Position numbers and translations under genes: made by a program
NCBI GenBank assembly: GCA_048883105.1
Contig: JBHLQY010000005.1
Coordinates: forward strand, 1 to 57,284
Reading direction: 5' to 3'
Length of the DNA: 57,284 nt
Source of the DNA: Candidatus Thorarchaeota archaeon
Lineage (GTDB): Archaea; Asgardarchaeota; Lokiarchaeia; Sigyniarchaeales; SOKP01
Shown here: piece by piece, positions 9,342 to 19,280 of the stretch
Layout: every line of letters starts with the position of its first letter
How positions within the stretch are numbered: position 1 is the first letter of the stretch
Notes under the pieces: model-generated
What the model was told of the DNA's origin: nothing
The model's database searches: none
Seen by the model: only the letters and a program-made list of their open reading frames with translations

Positions 9342-10607
9342 TTATACAAATTTAGCAACTTCTTTACAAAGCAAAAATACGGCTATATGATGAGGCACTT
9401 CAACTACATCTCCTTTATCATAAGGACCAAAAGTTTCCCCCTTTATTTTAGTGGCAGGTATCTTAGACTCTATAATCTCTATTTTTTGCTTGATATCACT
9501 ATGAAATACTATTGGATCCAGACTTTTGTTATTTTCATTAAGGGGATTAAAGGTTTCAAGCTCTAGCAGTTTCAACTCTTGAACTTTAAATCCTGTTTTA
9601 CCGTGTAAAGTCCCAGGATATCTAATAAGTCTGTGAATATCGATTGTAACCGGTTCATCAATTTTAACTCCTATTTCATGAATAATCCCTCTTAGAAACA
9701 TTTTCCACGTCTCTAATCCAAAACCTTCGATAGACCATATATTTCGTTTATTACTTATAGTATCTAAAAAGTCATCCTTGTAATTCATAAAACTATTGAT
9801 TCTATTTTCAGGTATTCCAAAATTTTTCAATTTAGAAATTAACTCTGTATGGGAAGTGTTTTTCAATATATCTTCAATTTTACTAGTAATTTTTTGAGCC
9901 CATCCCAAATTATTTTTTGTTAAACCATAAATCGTTTGGCTTACTTGATTAAGGCCTAGGATTTCAAAAGAAATATTGTTTCCTGAGATATAATCAGCAA
10001 TTTCTCTTCTGGCTTCACTTGGTAAAGATCTTATTTGTTCATCCTCAACTTTGAGGTGGTATCCTCTATGTCCTGAAAAAGCAATTTTTATTTGCTCCTC
10101 TTTAATTCCAAAATCTGGGAATAAGAAGTTATATATTAATTTGATTATCTCTTTTTTAGCAACTTGAAGACAATTTTCGCATATCCAATTAAGAGTTTTG
10201 AATTTTGTTTTACGACATTTTGGACATTTTTTTGGCATTCCTTTACCACTTGTATTGCATTCTCTACAAATCCAGATATCGTGGTCGTCTTTGCAGGGAG
10301 TATAGAAGTGATCTACATCTACATCAATTATTAAATCACAACCCTGGTATTTTTTTTTATTCATATCAAGATTATCTGGGTGTAAATAAACACCACCACT
10401 TGAATAAACATGTCTTGGTCCATTTTCAATGAGATAAGTCAAAAACGTATCTGGATTCCTAAATCCCATATGTCTAATCATAATTTGTTTATCCCACGGA
10501 ATAAATCCAAATTCCCTATGGTGAAATAAATTAACGTTAGAGATATTAGATTTTTTCTCCTTATAATAAGCTTTAAAGGATCGCTTTAAATAGGTCTTAT
10601 CACTCAT
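9342..10607 (-). CDS. priS: DNA primase catalytic subunit PriS
   Basis: REFGF, DVDVD, FSGHRGYH, IDEPVTIDIHRLIR; start at ATG 10607 avoids overlap with priL. Confidence 0.97.
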   Translation of the reverse strand: MSDKTYLKRSFKAYYKEKKSNISNVNLFHHREFGFIPWDKQIMIRHMGFRNPDTFLTYLIENGPRHVYSSGGVYLHPDNLDMNKKKYQGCDLIIDVDVDHFYTPCKDDHDIWICRECNTSGKGMPKKCPKCRKTKFKTLNWICENCLQVAKKEIIKLIYNFLFPDFGIKEEQIKIAFSGHRGYHLKVEDEQIRSLPSEARREIADYISGNNISFEILGLNQVSQTIYGLTKNNLGWAQKITSKIEDILKNTSHTELISKLKNFGIPENRINSFMNYKDDFLDTISNKRNIWSIEGFGLETWKMFLRGIIHEIGVKIDEPVTIDIHRLIRYPGTLHGKTGFKVQELKLLELETFNPLNENNKSLDPIVFHSDIKQKIEIIESKIPATKIKGETFGPYDKGDVVEVPHHIAVFLLCKEVAKFV

Positions 10608-10620
10608 TTTTGTTATTATA

Positions 10621-11802
10621 TTAATTATAAGAATTATTCTTATTTTTAGATGCTCTGTATTCCTTAATTCGAACATATGCTAATGGATGTGCTAATTTCT
10701 TTCTTTGATTGGGATCACTAGAACCGTATCCTTCTAAACATAACTCATCTTTAAATTTTTCAGCTATACATAAATTTAATGATTTCAATGTAGAACATTT
10801 GTAAGGAGTATATCCTTTCTTTTTTGCATATAATACTTGATATTCTGTTTTTTTTCTGTCAAAATCTGGTAGAGTTGAAAAAATATTTACTATTTTATCT
10901 TCAGGGTAATTAAGGGCAAGTAAAAACCAAACAAGAAACAGTCTTTCATTATGATTTAGGTTTTGTCCTTCTTGTGCTTTTATAAGAATTTCTTTTATAC
11001 AAGGTGGATAACTATTAAATATATCTTTTATTTTTCTAAAATCAATATCAATAATTTGTACAAATTTTTCTTCTCGTATTGCCCATTCATTTAAAATATC
11101 TTCATATAAATCCTTAAACCTTTTAATCTCTAATAAGGTTTTTTTAAAAGCTTCTAATGCACTTCTATTCGCTTCTTGTTCAATTAACACTCTCTCACGA
11201 ACATATTCTTGCAATAACCGTGCTAGCTGTTTTTCTTTAACAAAAATATAACCGTTAGAGAGAGAATTATTTACTAATTTTCTATAATCATCTCTTAATT
11301 TTACAGCTAATTTTAAATAATCTATATAATGAATTTTAAATTTAGTTGCCAATGTCTCTTGTTGGTCTTTAAAGACCTTTCTTCCAAATTCCCAAGGTTT
11401 TTTACTATATTTGATGTCTAAATTTAAATCCTCACAGATATTATAAATATTAGAATAATTTTCATTATCTATTTCTTTAATAAATTCTCTATAATTTATT
11501 TTGGAATATAAATTTGCAATTCTATTATTAATAATTTTATCATCTAAGATATAGAGCAAAATTTTTAGAATTAAATATAAGTATATATTTAATCGATCAA
11601 TTTCATAAGCCGTAATCTCTTCTAGATTCTGAAAAGCTGCTATAAACAAATTGTAAAGTCTTTCATAAATAATTTCACAATGATCACCTTCAAAAACCTC
11701 TGATATAAATTCTAAAGGTGGTTTAGAAGCAAAATCTGAATAAACATCTTTTAGCGAGGGAAGCCAGGGATAATGATAAAATAATTCAATTGAAATGCTC
11801 AA
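10621..11802 (-). CDS. priL: DNA primase large subunit PriL
   Basis: YPW N-terminus, PPCI..NLNHNERL, PDFD..T.YQV, Fe-S cysteines, HPL. Confidence 0.95.
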   Translation of the reverse strand: MSISIELFYHYPWLPSLKDVYSDFASKPPLEFISEVFEGDHCEIIYERLYNLFIAAFQNLEEITAYEIDRLNIYLYLILKILLYILDDKIINNRIANLYSKINYREFIKEIDNENYSNIYNICEDLNLDIKYSKKPWEFGRKVFKDQQETLATKFKIHYIDYLKLAVKLRDDYRKLVNNSLSNGYIFVKEKQLARLLQEYVRERVLIEQEANRSALEAFKKTLLEIKRFKDLYEDILNEWAIREEKFVQIIDIDFRKIKDIFNSYPPCIKEILIKAQEGQNLNHNERLFLVWFLLALNYPEDKIVNIFSTLPDFDRKKTEYQVLYAKKKGYTPYKCSTLKSLNLCIAEKFKDELCLEGYGSSDPNQRKKLAHPLAYVRIKEYRASKNKNNSYN

Positions 11803-12015
11803 AATATTAAATTCTCCACTTTCATAATTATTAATTCTTTATATAAAATGATGATTTCATATTTTAATAAACATAGAGCACATTGATTTATTAATAGTTA
11901 TTATTTATACATCAATATTATATACTACAATTTGATGTATGATAGAATTAAAAAAATGGTGTACTTTATTTTAAATTAAAATGATTTTATAAAAATTATT
12001 GAAAAATGTTGAAAA

Positions 12016-12819
12016 ATGTCTGGATATATTGGTAAAAAGATTAGAATGGAAAGAATCGTGAACAGAGAAAATCAAAAAACTATAATTATCCCTATGGATC
12101 ATGGATTAACTGCAGGACCTATAAAAGGTATTGAGAAAAATTTAGGAGAAATGGTAAATAAAATCGCTTTAGGGGGAGCAAATGCCGTTTTAGGACATAT
12201 TGGAATCCCTTTATATGCCCACAGAGGTTATGGACCGGATATTGGATTGATTTTACATCTGTCAGGCTCAACTTCATTAAGCCCTGAATCAAATTATAAA
12301 GTTTTAGTAAATACTGTTTTAGAAGCGGTTAAATTAGGTGCTGATGGGGTATCAATTCATATAAATATTGGGACAAAATCAGATCCAGAAATGCTTGAAA
12401 CTTTAGGAAAAGTCTCAAGAGAATGTAGAGAGTATGGTATGCCACTATTAGCTATGATGTATCCTAGAGGAGAAAATATAGAAGATGAGTACGATGTTGA
12501 GGCTGTTAAGATTGCTGCCAGAGTTGCCGCTGAATTAGGCGCCGATATTGTAAAAACAAACTGGACTGGTGATCCTGACTCTTTTAAAGAAGTAATTGAG
12601 GGGTGTATGGCTCCAGTAATAATAGCAGGAGGAGAAAAAGCAGGAATTAAAGGGATTTTGGAAATAACTAAGCAATCAATAGATGTAGGAGGAGCAGGTG
12701 TAGCTTATGGGAGAAATGTTTTTCAGGCAGAAGACCCAACCAAAGCGGTAAGAGCCTTATATTTAATTGTAAATAAGGACTATGAAGTAAATGAAGCTAT
12801 TAAAGAAGTAGGACTTTAA
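12016..12819 (+). CDS. aroA': 2-amino-3,7-dideoxy-D-threo-hept-6-ulosonate synthase (class I DhnA-type aldolase)
   Basis: PMDHG, LAMMYPRG, ELGADIVKT, GRNVFQ; DHQ synthase II present in the window. Confidence 0.88.
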   Translation: MSGYIGKKIRMERIVNRENQKTIIIPMDHGLTAGPIKGIEKNLGEMVNKIALGGANAVLGHIGIPLYAHRGYGPDIGLILHLSGSTSLSPESNYKVLVNTVLEAVKLGADGVSIHINIGTKSDPEMLETLGKVSRECREYGMPLLAMMYPRGENIEDEYDVEAVKIAARVAAELGADIVKTNWTGDPDSFKEVIEGCMAPVIIAGGEKAGIKGILEITKQSIDVGGAGVAYGRNVFQAEDPTKAVRALYLIVNKDYEVNEAIKEVGL

Positions 12820-12884
12820 TCTTTTATAAAAAAAAATGCTAATTTTTTACATCTATCTTTCAAATTGACAACAAAAAAAGTTAA

Positions 12885-13688
12885 TTAAAATTCATCCATA
12901 TCCTCATCTTCGTCGAATTCAGCTTCTTCAACACGTGGTGCAAGAAAGTAGAATAATTCGCCACCTTCAAGCAAATTAAATATCATTTTTAAGGGATGAT
13001 CTGTCTTTAACGAAATCTCTAATTTTTCTGTAATTGAAGCTATTTTTAATATAGCTTTTAAGAAAGTTAGAGAATAAGCCCCACTACTAGTGCCATTAAT
13101 ATCCATTTCAATCAGTTCATCAAGTTCAAGCTCGTAATTCATCTCCCCTATTTGCCCAGAAGAACTAAAAATTAATCCCTGATCTTCAATTGATTTCATA
13201 TTTAAAATTTCAGAATAAATTTCAGCGTCTTTTATTGCCTCAACTAAAAAATCTGGATCAATTACCCATTTTGAAGGATATTCAATATTTAATAAGTTAT
13301 CCATTGGAATCTCTTCCATATCGATATCTAATTGTGCCAAGCTAAACGTCCGAGTGCGGGAAGTCCCCTCTCTTTGCATTTTAATTCTGATCTTTTGGTC
13401 TTTCTCGTTAAATTCAATTTCCACAGAATCATTAGCAGCACTTCTTTTCAAAATCTTATCCAAATCATCTAAATTTAATCCAACTTTAGAATCTTTACTA
13501 CATTTATACTCGTCAAAATCTCCTTTTTTGATAGATAGTTTTAACAAACAAATTCGACTTGGATCCATTGCCGAAATTGTGAATTCTTTAGGCGTTACTC
13601 TAAACTCAGTTTCATCAATAATACTGGCAAGAGTCTCTACTATGCCTTTTAAAATGCGACTATTTTCTAATTTTAAAGTAAAACTCAT
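12885..13688 (-). CDS. pcn: PCNA sliding clamp
   Basis: AMDPSRI, YSLTFL, YFLAPRVE; acidic C-tail. Confidence 0.98.
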   Translation of the reverse strand: MSFTLKLENSRILKGIVETLASIIDETEFRVTPKEFTISAMDPSRICLLKLSIKKGDFDEYKCSKDSKVGLNLDDLDKILKRSAANDSVEIEFNEKDQKIRIKMQREGTSRTRTFSLAQLDIDMEEIPMDNLLNIEYPSKWVIDPDFLVEAIKDAEIYSEILNMKSIEDQGLIFSSSGQIGEMNYELELDELIEMDINGTSSGAYSLTFLKAILKIASITEKLEISLKTDHPLKMIFNLLEGGELFYFLAPRVEEAEFDEDEDMDEF

Positions 13689-13961
13689 ATCTCATTAGCT
13701 CTTTTATTTAAAAACTTATTGCGTTAATTATCACAATATATTAATATTGTTTTATTGCCTTTCTTTATTAAATTTAATATTATTGATTTAATAATACCTA
13801 ATTTTATTTCTCGAACAAATAATTTATATCTATTTAAAATTTTCATTTGTATCTTTGATATAAAAATAACAGCAAATTTTTACTTATTGAATTAATTATT
13901 TATATTCGTCTAAAATTCTAAAAAATATATATTTTATAACATTTTAAGGACGTTATATTAA

Positions 13962-14279
13962 ATGGAAAGTCAATATGCGAAACAGAGAATAATAAGAGAT
14001 ATAAAAAACGATGATGTTCGAATCCAAATTACTGGTTACATTAAAAAGATTGTTGATGACAAACATATAGTTTTAGACGATAAGACGGGTATAATCAAAA
14101 CGAATATTGAAGATGTAGAATATAATTTTAAAGAAAATGATTTGATCAATGTAATTGGGAATTTGATTATAATTACAAGTGGTGAAAAAGTACTAAAAGC
14201 TGATATAATTCAAGATATGAATAAATTGAACTTTGATTATTACCAAAAATTGTATGAAATGAAAAAAGATCTTGAATAA
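13962..14279 (+). CDS. Replication protein A small subunit (RPA14/RPA3-like single OB fold)
   Basis: R.I.DI...D.RI.I.G...LDDKTG...VIG...ADIIQD pattern of archaeal RPA14. Confidence 0.75.
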   Translation: MESQYAKQRIIRDIKNDDVRIQITGYIKKIVDDKHIVLDDKTGIIKTNIEDVEYNFKENDLINVIGNLIIITSGEKVLKADIIQDMNKLNFDYYQKLYEMKKDLE

Positions 14280-14306
14280 ATGAAAACGAAAAAATAGTTC
14301 TAGTTT

Positions 14307-14513
14307 TTAGGAAAGAACCTCTAATATCTTTGTAAGAATTCGAGCCTTGCCACCAGTAGATTGGAGCAGTGTTTTTCCACAGACTAAGCATTCAACGTCT
14401 GTAGCTGAACAGCCGAAAATAATTTGGATATTTCCACAATTTAAGCATTTAACTCTTAAAAATCGGCTCTTAGGTTGTGGAATTAGTTCTTTTGTTTTTT
14501 TTGTTCTTCCCAT
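14307..14513 (-). CDS. rps27e: Ribosomal protein S27e
   Basis: [11 protein letters not shown]...C..CG..L...TGGKA. Confidence 0.98.
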   Translation of the reverse strand: MGRTKKTKELIPQPKSRFLRVKCLNCGNIQIIFGCSATDVECLVCGKTLLQSTGGKARILTKILEVLS

Positions 14514-14538
14514 AACAACTTTACTCCCAAACTTCTAA

Positions 14539-14820
14539 TTAAACTTCTTGTAATTCAAGTCTTTTAACACGATAGGACTTAGCATATTGCTTCTTACCAC
14601 ATTCATTACATTCAAGTATTGGCGTTGTCTTTTTATTTATTTTTGCATTTCGATGAAAAATTTCTTTAGGAAAAGAACCATAACCTTTCTTCTTTTTTTC
14701 AAATCTCCTCTTTCCATGGGCTAACATACTTTCTTTCCCTTTTTTATAGATACTCACATTATGCTTTACATGTTTTCGACAATAAGGACAATATCTATTC
14801 ACAGATCTTGGGTATTTCAA
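14539..14820 (-). CDS. rpl44e: Ribosomal protein L44e
   Basis: YCPYCRKH, GYG, LECNECG; TTG start. Confidence 0.97.
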   Translation of the reverse strand: MKYPRSVNRYCPYCRKHVKHNVSIYKKGKESMLAHGKRRFEKKKKGYGSFPKEIFHRNAKINKKTTPILECNECGKKQYAKSYRVKRLELQEV

Positions 14821-15078
14821 TTTTCACATACCTAAGTTAAATTAATGAATTAGTTAATAAATCATAAATTTTAAATTTTATTTATTTCGCATTCTGTATA
14901 CGTATTTTAAGCTTCTTTACTTTTGGGTCTTAAATATAACAAAAAGGCACCGATCATTAGAATAATCGCAGACCCATGCGAGAAAAAAGAGAAAATCGTG
15001 AAAAATAAAAAGATTAATAACAAATAATTTAAGCAATTTTTACATAATTTAAATAAAAACCTTTGGAAAAGAGTATAT

Positions 15079-15996
15079 ATGTTTAAAGAGAAATTTAGCG
15101 AAGGGATAATAAGTGCTAAACAATTTAATAGGGAAGATATTGAATATATCTTGAAAAAAGGCAAAGAAATGATTAATACAACAAATTCGAATATTCTCAA
15201 AGGAAAAATACTTGCCACATTATTTTTCGAACCATCTACTCGTACTCGGCTTAGTTTTGAATCTGCTATGTATAGATTAGGAGGAAATGTAATTGGTTTT
15301 CAATCAGGAGAAGTATCTTCAATTAAAAAAGGTGAAAGCCTTGCTGACACTATAAGGACCGTGGAAAATTATTGCGATTGTATAGTTATAAGACATTCAA
15401 TGGAAGGGGCAGCTAAATTAGCCTCTAGATTTGCTAAAATTCCTATTATTAATGCAGGTTCAGGTAGCGGTGAACACCCCTCTCAAGCGTTACTGGATTT
15501 ATTGACTATTAAAGAAGAATGTGGAACCTTGGATGGATTAAATATTGGAATAATGGGAGATTTAAAATATGGGAGAACAGTACATTCTCTATCAATTTTA
15601 TTATCAAATTTCGATGTAAACATTTATTTTATAAGTCCGAAAGAATTAACAATAAGGAACCAAGAAAAGGAATATTTAATTCAGCGGCAACTCAAATTTA
15701 AAGAAGTATTTCAATATAGGAGTTTGTTAGATATATTTGATGTGCTTTACATGACGAGAATTCAAAGAGAAAGATTTATTGATGTGGAAGAATACGAAAA
15801 AGTAAAAAATGTCTATATTTTTAAACAAGAAGATCTTAGAAATACCAAGAATACATTTATTCTTATGCACCCTCTCCCGAGAATTACAGAAATTTCTGCG
15901 GATGTAGATAATTCAAGAAAGGCAATATACTTCAAACAGACTTTTTACGGTTTAAAAATGAGAAAGGCAATATTAGCAGAATTAATTGCTGATTAA
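15079..15996 (+). CDS. pyrB: Aspartate carbamoyltransferase catalytic subunit
   Basis: FFEPSTRTRLSF, HPSQ, GDLKYGRTVHS, MHPLPR. Confidence 0.98.
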   Translation: MFKEKFSEGIISAKQFNREDIEYILKKGKEMINTTNSNILKGKILATLFFEPSTRTRLSFESAMYRLGGNVIGFQSGEVSSIKKGESLADTIRTVENYCDCIVIRHSMEGAAKLASRFAKIPIINAGSGSGEHPSQALLDLLTIKEECGTLDGLNIGIMGDLKYGRTVHSLSILLSNFDVNIYFISPKELTIRNQEKEYLIQRQLKFKEVFQYRSLLDIFDVLYMTRIQRERFIDVEEYEKVKNVYIFKQEDLRNTKNTFILMHPLPRITEISADVDNSRKAIYFKQTFYGLKMRKAILAELIAD

Positions 15997-17975
15997 TTAA
16001 TTAAAAATGCATTTACACTAGACTGTGTTAAAATTTTTAAATGTTTTTTAAATAATACATTATCAGAATTAACTGAATTATTGAATATAATTCCCCCTTC
16101 AATTATTTTCTCAAATTTTTTAAAAATTGAAATTTTTTTCTCTAAAGATAATTTTGAACGTTTTCTTATTATTCTGGGTGAATAGAAATTTCTGCTTTTA
16201 TTTAATTCCTTTATTCTATTATTTCTTTCGAAATATTTGTCGCTATGAGGCTGGCTTAAAACGTAGCATTCATTTTCATTTTCATTTTTTTCTTTAATTT
16301 GTTCATTCAAAAGTGATAAAATTTTTAAGGCAAAAGTTTGACTTGTTTTTATTCTATCGAGTTCAATACCACAATGATTTGTAATAGCTTCATTTAATCC
16401 AAAGAAACTAACAGATTTTAACGAATTTTTACTCCAATTTCCAAAATCTGCCCCGAAAAAATGAGATATTAAAGTTTCCCAATTTTTTAAGGAATTCAAT
16501 TTCTTCTTAATCAAAGATTCTTTATATTTAAAAAATTCAAATACCGAATTTAATCTATCTTGTAATAAATCACAAAATGAATCATCGTTTTGATTTGCCT
16601 CTAATGAAATTAAATGTAAATTAATCAAAACCTTATCTAAAATAATTTTTATCTTTAAAAATTCATTTTCGTCAGAATTTTTAATTCTAATAACAGTTGA
16701 ATTCAGTAAATGTGATTTGTTTGCGTTATAAAATATAATATTATTTTTTGTTATAGTTGGATTAATTTCACTTAAAATGAAATTTTCTATCCCTGACTGT
16801 GTATAATCAAATAAAATCAATGGAATTATCTGAAAACTATCTAAATTTGTTCCATTCTCAATATTTTTAATGAAAATTTTATCAGTTTGAAAACTAGGTA
16901 AATTTTTATCTTTTAAACCTTTTTTGTTTTTATAAAGAAATTCCAATGATATGTGTGATCGTCCATCTCCATAATTATTACTATATCTTAAAAGTTTTGA
17001 GGTCAAAATATTAATCAAGAAATTTGCATGTTTTTTATTACGAAATAGAGAGATAAAATCTTTATTAAAACTCCCTAAGAGTAGATCTTCAGAAATATAT
17101 GGTTTAAAGGCAGATACCAGTTCAGCGAAGTTTAAAATTAATTTAATATAATCTCTTGAATTTTCTAATTTTATTGAAAATTTATTAAATAAATAAGAGA
17201 TGAGCGTCTTGGTATTGAGGTATATGCTTAATGGTCTTAAACTCCAATAGTTAAGATTACATAAAGCTATTTCTCCTGATAAATAGAGATCAGCCAAGTG
17301 ATTAGGCAACAGATTTAATAGTAAAAATTGCTCTGAAACATCTGAACCCGATATTTGGATGAATCTTTCTGGAGAGATTTCTTTATTTTTAAATAATTTA
17401 AAGGCTTCATATGGAGGAGTCCCTAATCGCGTTAATCTATGCCTCACATGTTCTAAGCCTTTTTCTAGAAGTATAGCATTTATATATTCACGCATTAAAG
17501 GCGTTGTCATATATTCGATTTTTGTCTTAGAAAGGCGTTCTTTAACTTCATTGGCAATGGTTTTAGCTAAATATTGATCTAATTCGCCTTCTTTAATCAA
17601 ATAATTTATAATCGTTTTAAAATCAAAAACTTCTTTAGAATATTTTGAGGTCCTAATCATTGCAACCTTGTTTCGATCATCTATAAACTGTTTCATTGTT
17701 AAAATTATTTTTAAGATCTTCTTACCAAGTAAAGTAATGAAATATCCTTTATCAGAAGACGAGATTAAACCAACTTTTTCCAACGCTTTCAAATGGTAAG
17801 AAAAATTGACAGAATTTTGATTCGTTTCTAAAATTTCTTTTTGAAGCGTAGAAAAAGCTAATAAAGATTCATTATTTTTCAACTTCTTTAAAATAGCTAT
17901 TCTAATACGTTGACCGAGTGTTTTTAATAGTTTTTCAATATTTTTGTCTTTTTTGTTATTTTTGTCGCTACTCAT
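15993..17975 (-). CDS. wHTH + ATP-cone + degenerate class III ribonucleotide reductase (NrdD-like) fold protein
   Basis: ArsR-like HTH (FSYHLKAL...Y.IT..G), ATP cone (IRTS...F...I...L..E), RLGTPPYE, GLNE; no glycyl-radical C-terminus. Confidence 0.8.
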   Translation of the reverse strand: MSSDKNNKKDKNIEKLLKTLGQRIRIAILKKLKNNESLLAFSTLQKEILETNQNSVNFSYHLKALEKVGLISSSDKGYFITLLGKKILKIILTMKQFIDDRNKVAMIRTSKYSKEVFDFKTIINYLIKEGELDQYLAKTIANEVKERLSKTKIEYMTTPLMREYINAILLEKGLEHVRHRLTRLGTPPYEAFKLFKNKEISPERFIQISGSDVSEQFLLLNLLPNHLADLYLSGEIALCNLNYWSLRPLSIYLNTKTLISYLFNKFSIKLENSRDYIKLILNFAELVSAFKPYISEDLLLGSFNKDFISLFRNKKHANFLINILTSKLLRYSNNYGDGRSHISLEFLYKNKKGLKDKNLPSFQTDKIFIKNIENGTNLDSFQIIPLILFDYTQSGIENFILSEINPTITKNNIIFYNANKSHLLNSTVIRIKNSDENEFLKIKIILDKVLINLHLISLEANQNDDSFCDLLQDRLNSVFEFFKYKESLIKKKLNSLKNWETLISHFFGADFGNWSKNSLKSVSFFGLNEAITNHCGIELDRIKTSQTFALKILSLLNEQIKEKNENENECYVLSQPHSDKYFERNNRIKELNKSRNFYSPRIIRKRSKLSLEKKISIFKKFEKIIEGGIIFNNSVNSDNVLFKKHLKILTQSSVNAFLIN

Positions 17976-18112
17976 CTGTATGTTATTAGAATTACTTAGA
18001 TCTTTTTGATAAATAATACGGTTAACAAGTATATAAATATAAACAAATTCTGATAATATATGCGTGATATTAAAATTCAGAAAGAGAGGGATGATTAAAT
18101 CTTTGAAATAAT

Positions 18113-18730
18113 TTATCGTGCAGATACGGCAATTCTTTCAATTTCATCTTTTCTTTTTACTGCTCTTGATTCTTGAGAGTTTCTTGCCGCCATAATAAGT
18201 TCTTGTGATATATTTTCCTCAAAATTTTTTAAACTTCCACTACTTCTTGCAGCAATTGCTTGAGTTAAATATTTAATAGCTAAATCGACTCTTCGTTGAG
18301 GAGCAATATCTACAGCTGATGCGTAGGAAATTCCTCCCATCGCAATTCTAGTAGTTTCTTCTCTTGGAGATGTATTGATTAAAGCGTCTACTAAAACTTG
18401 GATTGGATTTTGTCCAGTAATATATTCTATTAATATAAATGCTGTTTTAACGCTTTTAATAATTTTACTTTTTTTTCCTGAATTGTAAGAGCTCTTATGA
18501 CCTTTTATTTTTCCAGCAATAAATCCTGGAGAAAGTAATCTATTAATAAACCGTTCAACAATGGAGACTTTTTGAGACTTCCAAAACCTTTTATGCTCGT
18601 GTTTTCCAGATGAATGCGGTATAATAATAGGTCTTAAATTAATATAGTTAATTAATGTATCGTCTTTAACTTCTATATCATTAAAGGACCAGAGATTAAA
18701 TAGTTTTATTTCAGTTTTGCTTTTACTCAT
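18113..18730 (-). CDS. rps7: Ribosomal protein S7
   Basis: NPIQVLVDA, PREETTR, VDIAPQRRVD, ERIAVSAR. Confidence 0.99.
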   Translation of the reverse strand: MSKSKTEIKLFNLWSFNDIEVKDDTLINYINLRPIIIPHSSGKHEHKRFWKSQKVSIVERFINRLLSPGFIAGKIKGHKSSYNSGKKSKIIKSVKTAFILIEYITGQNPIQVLVDALINTSPREETTRIAMGGISYASAVDIAPQRRVDLAIKYLTQAIAARSSGSLKNFEENISQELIMAARNSQESRAVKRKDEIERIAVSAR

Positions 18731-18734
18731 AATT

Positions 18735-19169
18735 TTACCTTAATGGTTTTTCTTTCTTACCAGTTAATAAAGCTTCCAAACTCACTCCATTAACTTTAAC
18801 AACTTTCCATCTTACTCCTGGCAAATCTCCAACAGCCCTGCCCTTCGCACCACCAATACCTTCGACAATAACTTGGTCATGTTCCTCTATAAAGTTTAAA
18901 GCTCCATCACCAGGTAAAAACGCAGTTATTGCTTTGCCATTTTTTTTCAACTGCACTCGTACACATTTCCTAATAGCAGAGTTAGGTTGTTTACTTTCTC
19001 TTCCGACCTTCTGTAAAACTATACCTAAAGCTTGGGGTGCTCCTTCAAGTGGGTCTGCTTTTTGTCTTAATTTGAGCTTTTTCCTTTTATATTTCGTTTT
19101 AGACCATCTAAATTTCTTACGAGTTTTCTTTAACTGCCGAGCAGCATACAATCCTTTAGGTTTGCCGAT
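18735..19169 (-). CDS. rps12: Ribosomal protein S12 (uS12)
   Basis: [23 protein letters not shown]; conserved N-terminus GKPKG begins at ATC 19169 behind AGGTG. Confidence 0.98.
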   Translation of the reverse strand: MGKPKGLYAARQLKKTRKKFRWSKTKYKRKKLKLRQKADPLEGAPQALGIVLQKVGRESKQPNSAIRKCVRVQLKKNGKAITAFLPGDGALNFIEEHDQVIVEGIGGAKGRAVGDLPGVRWKVVKVNGVSLEALLTGKKEKPLR

Positions 19170-19280
19170 ACTAAAACACCTAAATTTTCAAGTAATAAAA
19201 TAATTACAATAATAAGAGATATATTTTCTTAAACTTAAAATTTTCGAACTAGTTTGAGAATAAGATTTTTGTTCAGTTTC

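Noticed and set aside
10608-10676. N-terminal extension of PriS given by the ORF track
   Set aside because: It overlaps the priL 3' end; ATG 10607 gives a normal N-terminus.
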